A stretch of DNA of 64,000 nucleotides from Candidatus Latescibacterota bacterium (GTDB taxonomy: Bacteria > Latescibacterota > UBA2968 > GCA-2709665). Location of the stretch: assembly GCA_963662665.2 (NCBI GenBank), contig CAXXJS010000010.1, positions 413,100-477,099 of the forward strand, in the 5' to 3' direction. The translations under genes were made by a program, and so were the position numbers. Shown here piece by piece: positions 56,499 to 64,000 of the stretch. The notes under the pieces were generated by a model. That model saw only the letters and a list, made by a program, of their open reading frames with translations, was not told the DNA's origin and did no database searches. The stretch's first letter is position 1. Each line of letters opens with the position of its first letter.

Positions 56499-58577
56499 TC
56501 ATGACGAATCCCGTAACAACGCGTCCAATTGGGTATCTGTCGTCACAGGTGCGGAACAGGTGGAATCTCTGCACACGTACGCGGTGGGTTTTTCGTCCAG
56601 CGCCGTCTTACCGGAAAGAACCGGAATCCGCCGTGAAAGATCCCCAGGTTTATCCGGATCCATACAGACGATCACCCGGTTGGACAGCAGTCGTCTGTTT
56701 GCGGCCTTCAGTAGATTTTTCATGCCCGGGGCGTCCGGTTCGCCCACCAGTACCACCTCCACCGGCCCCCGGATGAAGAAGTCCAGACAACAGAGCATCT
56801 GACCAAAACCGGACGGCATCTCGCGGAGCATCGGTTCGAACAACTTCAGTGTCTGCTCCGCCTTCTTCCACAGGTCCGGCCGGTCCAGAATCGTGCCAAG
56901 ACGCATTAGCGACATGACGGCAATTGAATTTCCGGATGGGGTCGCGTTGTCGTATGGATTCTTGGAACGGACAATCAGTTTCTCGTTAGATTTGCCGGTA
57001 AAATAGAAACCACCGTCCTCAGGGTCCCAGAACTCGTCGACCATCGTCTCCGCGATCATCTCTGCCGCATCCAGCCACTCCGTATCGAAGGACGCTTCGT
57101 AAAGGTCGAGCAGTCCGCAGAAGAAAAAGGCGTAATCGTCCTGGTAACCGATGAACCGGGCCCGTCCGTCCTTGTACGAATGCAACAGACGCCCGGATTC
57201 CGTCGTCATATGTTTAAGAATGAAACCGGCCGCGTTTCGGGCCGTTTCCAGATACTCTGATTTTCCAAAAATCTGATAGGCACGCGCGAAAGCCGTGATC
57301 ATGAGACCGTTCCAGCTTACCTGGATCTTTTCATCCCGGTCCGGCTTGATCCTGCCCTCGCGTACGGCTGTCAGTACCTCCCGCCCGCGCCGTGTCGCGA
57401 CTTCCAGCCGTGCCGGGTCGACTTCCAGGAACCGGGCTGATTTCGGCGCCTCCACAGGAATATTCAGAATGCTCTTGCCATGTTCAAAATTGCCCTCAGG
57501 TCGTACGTCGTAATGCCGGCAGAATAACTCACCATCCTGTTCTCCCAGCAATGCGTACACTTCCTCCTGATCCCAGACGAAAAATTTCCCTTCCTCCCCT
57601 TCGCTGTCGGCATCCTGGGTAGAATAGAATCCGCCCAGCGGATCGGTCATCTCGCGCATGACGTACGACAGCGTTTCTTCTGCAATCTGTTGGAACAGCG
57701 GCTCTCCGGTGGCTAGAAAGGCGTCCAGATAGAGTCCGGCCAACAGGGCATTATCATAAAGCATTTTCTCGAAGTGAGGGACCAGCCAGCGATGGTCGAC
57801 GGAGTATCGATGAAATCCGCCGCCCAGATGATCGTATATCCCGCCATGTGCCATCTTGCGCAGCGTCAGCAATACCATATCAAGTGCATTGTGATTTCCC
57901 GATTCTTCGAATTCTCGCAGAAAAACCGACAGATTCATAGTGCCTGGAAACTTCGGCTGGGACCCGAACCCACCATTTTCCGAATCGAAGTTTCGTGCAA
58001 TTTGCGTATATCCGTTAGAAAACAACGCCCCGGTCAACTCTCCGTCCGGGTTCCGCAAGTCGGTCAGGCGTTTCAATCCGTCCATCAGCCGTTCGGCTGC
58101 CTCGCCCACCTTTTCCCTGTTCTCAATGTAATGCCTCGCCACGGAGCGCAGCACGTCGGGAAATCCCGGTCGGCCATATCGGTTGTCGGGGGGGAAATAG
58201 GTGCCGCCGTAGAACGGTGTTCCAACGGGCGTTAGGAATACGCTCATGGGCCACCCCCCGGCGCCGGTCATCATCTGTACCGCATTCATGTAGATTTCGT
58301 CCACGTCCGGACGCTCTTCACGGTCGACCTTAACGTTTACGAAGAGTTGATTCATCAGGGCGGCAATGGACTCATTCTCAAAGGACTCCCGTTCCATAAC
58401 ATGGCACCAGTGACAGGCGGAATAACCAACACTCAGGAAAATGGGGCGGTCCGCTTCTTTCGCCAGTCCAAAGGCTTCGTCGCCCCACGGATACCAGTCC
58501 ACCGGGTTGTGCGCGTGCTGCAACAGATAGGGGCTTGTTTCGTGGACCAACCGATTTGTGAACGGCGGTTTTTTCAT
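56499..58577 (-). CDS. Thioredoxin-domain protein YyaL/SPATA20 (DUF255)
   Basis: [46 protein letters not shown]. Confidence 0.92.
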   Translation of the reverse strand: MKKPPFTNRLVHETSPYLLQHAHNPVDWYPWGDEAFGLAKEADRPIFLSVGYSACHWCHVMERESFENESIAALMNQLFVNVKVDREERPDVDEIYMNAVQMMTGAGGWPMSVFLTPVGTPFYGGTYFPPDNRYGRPGFPDVLRSVARHYIENREKVGEAAERLMDGLKRLTDLRNPDGELTGALFSNGYTQIARNFDSENGGFGSQPKFPGTMNLSVFLREFEESGNHNALDMVLLTLRKMAHGGIYDHLGGGFHRYSVDHRWLVPHFEKMLYDNALLAGLYLDAFLATGEPLFQQIAEETLSYVMREMTDPLGGFYSTQDADSEGEEGKFFVWDQEEVYALLGEQDGELFCRHYDVRPEGNFEHGKSILNIPVEAPKSARFLEVDPARLEVATRRGREVLTAVREGRIKPDRDEKIQVSWNGLMITAFARAYQIFGKSEYLETARNAAGFILKHMTTESGRLLHSYKDGRARFIGYQDDYAFFFCGLLDLYEASFDTEWLDAAEMIAETMVDEFWDPEDGGFYFTGKSNEKLIVRSKNPYDNATPSGNSIAVMSLMRLGTILDRPDLWKKAEQTLKLFEPMLREMPSGFGQMLCCLDFFIRGPVEVVLVGEPDAPGMKNLLKAANRRLLSNRVIVCMDPDKPGDLSRRIPVLSGKTALDEKPTAYVCRDSTCSAPVTTDTQLDALLRDSS

Positions 58578-58710
58578 CTGAATTTCCGAAGGCTTTATTG
58601 TGACTGAATTTGATTGGATTCGTTACCGGGATACCGTGTGGTCCAACGTGTCCTGCCGTCGGCGGCTTGTTGACGCCGCTGGACGTGGCGCAGGCAGGAA
58701 GGGACCGGAG

Positions 58711-60096
58711 TCATTGAAAACACAGCAGTGTGAGCGCGGACCGTCCCGGGTTCATTTTTGACAACCACTTCGAATGCCAAGCGCCCCACCTGTCGGACCA
58801 GGTAAAAATCTCGCCAGTCGGCCGGGTCCGCACGAATCGACCGCCTGGCAACACCGCTTCGAGTACGAAATTGCCAAGGGTGCATGCCTCGTTTCGGGGA
58901 ACCCGGATCTCAATCCGATTCTCCATGGCCAGATTTTCAATGCAGCCAGGAGGCAATTCCATCCGGACCGGCGCGTAGTCGTTTGCGGGCGGCAGGTTGC
59001 CGACCGGCTCGCCATTCAGGAAAACCTGCTTGTCCGGGCGCAAAGCATGCCATCCGCAAAAACGCAATGAAGCCCGGCGAATGTGGTTCAGGTCGTCATA
59101 AATCAAACGCGCATCGGGGGGGTGGTCCATTTTCTCAAAGGCCGACAGGTCCCCTGGTCGATGCCATGTAAGCCGGGTTTCCACGCCCCGGTTCAAGTGA
59201 TGCCAGGCCGCTTCAACCGAATTCTGGCCGACGTGGACAAGAAACCATCCGGGCGCCGTATTCTCAAGATAGCCCGGCCAACAGGCAAGCACGTCCTGGG
59301 GATCAGGCAACAGGTTCTGTACACGATCCAGCGGCGTTGGCATCTCACTGGAAAGGCCTATGGAAGCACACATGCATTGCAGAGCGGGTAGGCCATCCGT
59401 ACGGTGCAGCAACACGCTCTGGTTGTGGGTATGCCCGCAAAAAAAGGCGTCGATGGGATGTTCCCGCAGTATTTCCGGCATATCCAGATGAAAATCGATG
59501 TTGGTAAAAAAAGCCCTTGCCATCGGCCAGACCGGATGGTGCCCAAACAGAAACGTACGTTCGATTCCCGCAGCCTCCCGGCCCATCAAGGCGTGTTCCA
59601 ACCACTTCCGTTGTGGGCCCCGCCGCTTCCACGTGAGCGTGTCGAGGAAAACCAGCCGGCAGCCGGCAACATCCAGAAAGAAGAAACGTTCTCGTGGCGT
59701 GCTGCCGAACCAACGGCCAAGATAGGGTCGAATGACGCCGTCAAACGCCTCGACGCGGTCTCTGTTTCCACACGCGAACAGCAGCGGGATGCCATATCCA
59801 TCGAAGAATTCCAGACCTTCCTTAATCTCATCGATGGCGAGTTCGACGTCCTGGTGCCCCTCCACCAGATCTCCGGTGATGACCAGAAAGGAAGGCGAGG
59901 CCTCTTTCAGCGAAGCCATCATTGGCATCAGGACATAGTGGACGCTCTCGAGGTACTGATCAACCTGCAGGGGTCGAAACGATCCGCCGGACTCACCTGT
60001 CTCTCCACCGAACTTTGGATGCAGAAAGTGGGTGTCGCCTATCACGCCGAAAGTAAACGGCTTGTCGATGTGGTCGGCGGCCTGCTTCAGTTTCAT
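58711..60096 (-). CDS. Calcineurin-like metallophosphoesterase with C-terminal beta-rich domain
   Basis: GDTH, TGDLV, GNRD, GHHP, GHTH motifs. Confidence 0.8.
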   Translation of the reverse strand: MKLKQAADHIDKPFTFGVIGDTHFLHPKFGGETGESGGSFRPLQVDQYLESVHYVLMPMMASLKEASPSFLVITGDLVEGHQDVELAIDEIKEGLEFFDGYGIPLLFACGNRDRVEAFDGVIRPYLGRWFGSTPRERFFFLDVAGCRLVFLDTLTWKRRGPQRKWLEHALMGREAAGIERTFLFGHHPVWPMARAFFTNIDFHLDMPEILREHPIDAFFCGHTHNQSVLLHRTDGLPALQCMCASIGLSSEMPTPLDRVQNLLPDPQDVLACWPGYLENTAPGWFLVHVGQNSVEAAWHHLNRGVETRLTWHRPGDLSAFEKMDHPPDARLIYDDLNHIRRASLRFCGWHALRPDKQVFLNGEPVGNLPPANDYAPVRMELPPGCIENLAMENRIEIRVPRNEACTLGNFVLEAVLPGGRFVRTRPTGEIFTWSDRWGAWHSKWLSKMNPGRSALTLLCFQ

Positions 60097-60348
60097 TTGT
60101 ACACGTTCCTCAAGGCTATGGTTCGGGGCAGTACTCCCACGGTTACTGTGGGCAATTGTCGGCCTCTCTCGGCCGCCAATGGCTGCCAGCGTAACGGTTT
60201 ATAATTGGTCGGACGTCACGCGGTTCCGGACTATGCAGGGGTTTCAGACGTATTCCAGGGGGAAAACTAATCGCCGGGCGGCGTGAAAGGGTGGGCACAC
60301 ACGCAAGGATTGTCTTCTGGTCGTGGTGAGATGCTTCTGTGATCAATC

Positions 60349-60377
60349 AAAGTAAACGGCTCCCCGTTATCTGTCAA
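60349..60377 (-). promoter_or_regulatory. Putative sigma70 promoter implying a long leader
   Basis: TTGACA-N17-TACTTT, about 250 nt upstream of the ATG at 60096. Confidence 0.5.
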
Positions 60378-60419
60378 CACCAAAATCCGCATTCCGCGGT
60401 GTGGGGCGGCTACAAGCAG

Positions 60420-60445
60420 TGGCGACTCCGCCGCGGGAGTCGCCA
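60420..60445 (-). terminator. Hairpin downstream of the secreted helical protein gene
   Basis: TGGCGACTCC...GGAGTCGCCA 10-bp stem; weak U-tract. Confidence 0.4.
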
Positions 60446-60476
60446 TGCGACCGCCTGGTGGTACGATGCGATCAGG

Positions 60477-60950
60477 TTATACGCCACCGCCCGGCGGGCC
60501 ACCGCCCCGGCGTCCGCCGCCTCGCCCGCGTTGAAATCCTCGCCGCATCCTCTCCAGATAACCATCCAGAACCCTATCCTGGCTGTCGTCCAGCACAGCC
60601 TTAACCTCTTTGAACATGGTGTCCCGTAGTCCGCCGAGCTTCTGCATGACTTGCTGCCTGTCCGCGCCATTCCGCATTTCTTTTTCAAGTTCGGCGCGCT
60701 TGCCGTGAATCTCCTTGAGCGCGCCGCGGATCTTCAGCAGCTGATCGTCTTTCAACGCCATCTTTCTGTCAAAAGCCAGAAAACCAAGTGTCTGCTCGAC
60801 GGGCAACATCATTCTGAGACGTGCGGCGCCCCCGCGTCTTCCACGTCCGCGTCCGCCCCTGCCCTCCGGCTGTGCCGCCGCCTCCACGGCAAACGCCAAT
60901 AGAATACACGCAATTAGCGCAAGTCCAGTGATCCTTTCACCCCGATTCAT
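60477..60950 (-). CDS. Secreted helical protein, Spy/CpxP-like, with Gly/Arg-rich ends
   Basis: ATG after GAGGGAGG; signal peptide ending AAA/Q; LKDDQ and LDDSQ resemble LTxxQ repeats. Confidence 0.65.
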   Translation of the reverse strand: MNRGERITGLALIACILLAFAVEAAAQPEGRGGRGRGRRGGAARLRMMLPVEQTLGFLAFDRKMALKDDQLLKIRGALKEIHGKRAELEKEMRNGADRQQVMQKLGGLRDTMFKEVKAVLDDSQDRVLDGYLERMRRGFQRGRGGGRRGGGPPGGGV

Positions 60951-60996
60951 CGAAACCTCCCTCAGATTGGAACGTACACTTCGATACGCACGGACG

Positions 60997-61055
60997 AAAA
61001 ACCGCCCGGATTCGCCGTCGTCGGTAATTTCATTAGACAGCCGGAATCCGGGCGG
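60997..61055 (-). terminator. Large-loop intrinsic terminator-like hairpin
   Basis: CCGCCCGGATTC...GAATCCGGGCGG (12 bp) followed by TTTTT on the minus strand. Confidence 0.5.
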
Positions 61056-61061
61056 CGTTCC
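61033..61061 (-). promoter_or_regulatory. Putative RpoE/ECF-type promoter
   Basis: GGAAC-N18-GTCTAA upstream of the Spy-like gene. Confidence 0.4.
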
Positions 61062-61084
61062 ACATTGAAGTGTAGTTTTCCGAA

Positions 61085-63139
61085 CTAGAAGACAACCTGG
61101 GAAACGGCCTTTGAAATCAACACGACAGAAACCGAAGTCATCCCGATAAGCCCCATACCACAATAGTATCCGGCAAGGAGAATGGGCGCGTATGCCCTCC
61201 ATTTGGATTCGCCGAAACGTCTGGCGAAGTAGAATCGTCCGAGAAGTGCGCCGGCAAACTGCAGAATCACGAAATGCGGCCAGGTTGCGAGGGAGCCTAC
61301 AAAACCAAAAAAGAACAGCGTTGGCGCCTTCAGCACGGCCAGAACCAGATACATCAGGCCGCCAACGGCAAATCCGGCCCCAATGAGTTCCGGCTTGATG
61401 ATATCCTTAAGAAGCTCAACGCCAACGGTTCCCTGCCCTTCGAGGTCCGGCATCGTCGACTTCAACCACATCGTGGTCATCGTGGCGTCGTACGGCCAGA
61501 ACGTCTGCACGTAGTAGTAGCTGGACGAGGGAATGGGCCCCAGGCGCCATATGAACTCCCAGAAAATAAAGCTGAAGATGAAAATAACCACCATGGTGAC
61601 CGCGGTCAATTTCACGTAACTGACGAATTTCGTTTTCGTCAATTCCATCTGTTTATAGGTCGGCACGGCCAGCCCGTGGTCGTGCAGGGGAAGGGGAGCA
61701 AACCAGACCGCCACGCCTTTGTATCCGGACAGAAGAATTCCTGCTTCACGCAGATAGGGAATACTCGCCCCGTAAGGGCTTCCCGTCAGGCCGATCATCC
61801 GGGCGCCGATATAAGACGAAATTGGCGTGTAAATGAGTCCGAAGAACACAACCCAGCCCCAGTGGAATTCCGGGACCAGCATCTGGCAGAGCACGATGAA
61901 ACCGAGTGTCGCTGCGCCCCAGAACAGAATCGGGTAAATCATTTTAATATCCGAACGGCCCTTCGGCAGGTCCTCCAGGTCGATACCCGATGTATGATGC
62001 CCTGTTTCCTGTTTCTGGCGACGCTGTTCCATAAGCACGCGAAACACCTGGTAGAATCCGGTGAATGCGATTACAAACGAAGTGCCGATTCCAAAACTCA
62101 ACCAGAAGTCGAACTGATTGGAGATCGAAGTCGGGATCGCCGTCATGCCCGCAGACCACCGGTCCAGGATTTCATATTTGTATAGAAACGGGTTGACTAC
62201 GAGGTTTCCGAGGACGGCGCCGGCAAAGGACCCTATAACCACCCAGAACGGCAACACAAATCCGACAATCAGGTGACCCAGGTCGGTTGCGATTCCGAAC
62301 AACGCCGCTGGTAGGATGGTTTTGATCTGCTCCGTAAAGTCGATCCAGGGAATGGGCAGTATCTGAACCGTATCGGTCAGGAATATGCTGGATAGTGTGG
62401 GAACAACGACGTAGAGCAGGCCCCAGACCAGACCGATGCATGCGCCGGTACTGAACACCCGCCATCTCCAGCCCTCCTGCTTGGCCGACGTCTCGGCCAG
62501 CGCGGTGGCTCCCCGCGCCTGTACGGGCGCGAGCGGAAACGGCAATCGCTCGATATCGCTCGTAATTCGAAACATCACGTACCCAAGCGACAGCCTCGCG
62601 GTATTGCTTAACAGTGTTAGTGCAACAAGGATTCCAATGGGTTTCAACCAGGCGCTGTGCAAGAACGTCCGTTCCGCATAGATCTCCGGATGTTCGCTGA
62701 TCCTGGGGACCACCCAGTCCGGTATGAAATCCGCGAGTCCCCTGGCCGCCGGGGATTGGATCAGGTATTGATCCCAGATCAATCCGCCGAACGGGCCTCC
62801 ATATACGAGCGCCGCGCTGCCCAGTCTCACTCCCACCCCAAGCAATCCGCCCGCTACCCAGTAGATTACCAGGACCTCTTGCGTCTTCAGTCGCACGAAG
62901 GACCGTTTGGCAATTTCCAGGAAGAGGATGATGGTCACCCATTCGGATGCGCCCGCCATGTTTTGCCCGGTGACCAATCCCAGGTAAATTGCGCCCGGCA
63001 ACATCACCAGGCCCACAAACAGCGTCGCCCACATGGTTTTCATATTGAAACCATCTTCGAACGGCGCATCCACCGGCATGATATTTTCGTACTGTTCCTG
63101 CTCTTCTCTTTCGTCCTCGGGTTCGATTGCCAAAACCAC
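61085..63139 (-). CDS. Multi-pass membrane protein, OPT/peptide-transporter-like
   Basis: 684 aa with many transmembrane segments; ERLPFPLAPV motif; start 63139 or 63133. Confidence 0.7.
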   Translation of the reverse strand: MVLAIEPEDEREEQEQYENIMPVDAPFEDGFNMKTMWATLFVGLVMLPGAIYLGLVTGQNMAGASEWVTIILFLEIAKRSFVRLKTQEVLVIYWVAGGLLGVGVRLGSAALVYGGPFGGLIWDQYLIQSPAARGLADFIPDWVVPRISEHPEIYAERTFLHSAWLKPIGILVALTLLSNTARLSLGYVMFRITSDIERLPFPLAPVQARGATALAETSAKQEGWRWRVFSTGACIGLVWGLLYVVVPTLSSIFLTDTVQILPIPWIDFTEQIKTILPAALFGIATDLGHLIVGFVLPFWVVIGSFAGAVLGNLVVNPFLYKYEILDRWSAGMTAIPTSISNQFDFWLSFGIGTSFVIAFTGFYQVFRVLMEQRRQKQETGHHTSGIDLEDLPKGRSDIKMIYPILFWGAATLGFIVLCQMLVPEFHWGWVVFFGLIYTPISSYIGARMIGLTGSPYGASIPYLREAGILLSGYKGVAVWFAPLPLHDHGLAVPTYKQMELTKTKFVSYVKLTAVTMVVIFIFSFIFWEFIWRLGPIPSSSYYYVQTFWPYDATMTTMWLKSTMPDLEGQGTVGVELLKDIIKPELIGAGFAVGGLMYLVLAVLKAPTLFFFGFVGSLATWPHFVILQFAGALLGRFYFARRFGESKWRAYAPILLAGYYCGMGLIGMTSVSVVLISKAVSQVVF

Positions 63140-63219
63140 CCCTCCTCATTGGGAGCAGCGAGTCACGGGTTGCGGTTGTAAACCCCGCCGGTTGTATGTG
63201 ATTCGCGGCACATGGCCGC

Positions 63220-64000
63220 TCATACCCTTGCCTCTTCCACCGTGTCCGACAGAATTTGATGGCCCTCGTCGGCATACTGGTGTTTCAATTCGGGCGGAAT
63301 GGTACGCCAGACCAGGAATCGTTTCCGGAGTACGTTCAGGAAGCCCCGATTGATCCGTTTCCAGGACGCCACGTCACCGCTGAGCCGGTTGATAACGACC
63401 TCAATCTTGTAAATATTGTACTCCCTGGTAGGTATTGCCCTCAACTCCACCTCCTGGCTGATGCCCAGATCGTAAGGCGCAAGCCAGCACGTCAGGTTGA
63501 TTTCGTACTGCGGTTCCCCCTGCATGTCCTGGGAAGTGAAGCGGACGTAATCGGCCACGAAGTCGCCGACCGACCCTTCGCCGTAGGACTCGAAGACGCG
63601 TGTCAGATAAGTGTACATGCCCAATACTTCAGCGCCGCCCACCGTAAACGGAAAATCGAACACCCATCTGTCACCATCGGGCTCCGGAAACTCCCATTTT
63701 CGCGTTACATCCGGCACCGCCATATCGGCGGCTTTTTTCGCAGGGTACAGCGTTGAAAGGAACACCGTTGCCATAACGATCAATGTAGAGGAAATGGCCG
63801 ACAGGGAAGAATAGTTCAATTCCAGGCTGAGCAATTGTCCCTGTGCCTGCGCCTGGGTAAACAGCACAAGAACCAGCACCTGTCCGATCAGATATCCGAA
63901 GACGGCGCCTACCGTGGCGAATACCGTCGCCTCTGCGAGAAACAGCGCCGCAATATGGTTGGGAGCCAGTCCCACGGCCGAATAGATGCCAATTTCATTG
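63220..64000 (-). CDS. C-terminal part of an FtsX-like ABC permease family protein (begins beyond the window)
   Basis: Frame open to the edge: NEIGIYSAVGLAP...FLAEA...YPAKKAA, then a soluble tail of about 160 aa. Confidence 0.78.
   Translation of the reverse strand, partial: NEIGIYSAVGLAPNHIAALFLAEATVFATVGAVFGYLIGQVLVLVLFTQAQAQGQLLSLELNYSSLSAISSTLIVMATVFLSTLYPAKKAADMAVPDVTRKWEFPEPDGDRWVFDFPFTVGGAEVLGMYTYLTRVFESYGEGSVGDFVADYVRFTSQDMQGEPQYEINLTCWLAPYDLGISQEVELRAIPTREYNIYKIEVVINRLSGDVASWKRINRGFLNVLRKRFLVWRTIPPELKHQYADEGHQILSDTVEEARV

Noticed and set aside
58640-58705. Nested GC-rich stem-loop between the metallophosphoesterase and yyaL genes
   Set aside because: Imperfect, no U-tract or known motif, and plausible by chance at this GC content.

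Overview
Gene-dense, GC-rich (roughly 60%) bacterial chromosome segment with about 55 CDSs. I saw no rRNA, tRNA, CRISPR array, prophage or transposase. The left two thirds are mostly small-molecule metabolism: two enolase-superfamily dehydratases, Gfo/Idh/MocA, SDR and beta-hydroxyacid dehydrogenases, two PhyH-type dioxygenases, kbl, nagB, mqnB/mqnD, a Re-citrate-synthase-like enzyme, a heparinase II/III-like protein and a dockerin-tailed S8 protease. The right part holds a housekeeping run (yicC-gmk-rpoZ-coaBC-udg-dnaB) extended by kptA and a DacZ-type diadenylate cyclase, and ends in an FtsX-permease/OPT-like transporter locus. Gene order and the dockerin-like tail suggest an FCB-superphylum organism such as Latescibacterota (inference only). 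The most notable observations are: (1) tandem queF genes, the first an intact pseudo-enzyme lacking the catalytic Cys/Asp but keeping both substrate-binding Glu; (2) an atypical acyl carrier protein directly upstream of a Re-citrate-synthase-like enzyme with no fatty-acid genes nearby; (3) a perfect 30-bp palindrome lying over a near-consensus promoter of a TrpD/YbiB-like gene; (4) a DUF151 nuclease with an apparent signal peptide; (5) a three-copy MITE-like repeat; (6) motif variants in KptA and a metallophosphoesterase. All product calls come from motif recognition by eye; no database searches were run.
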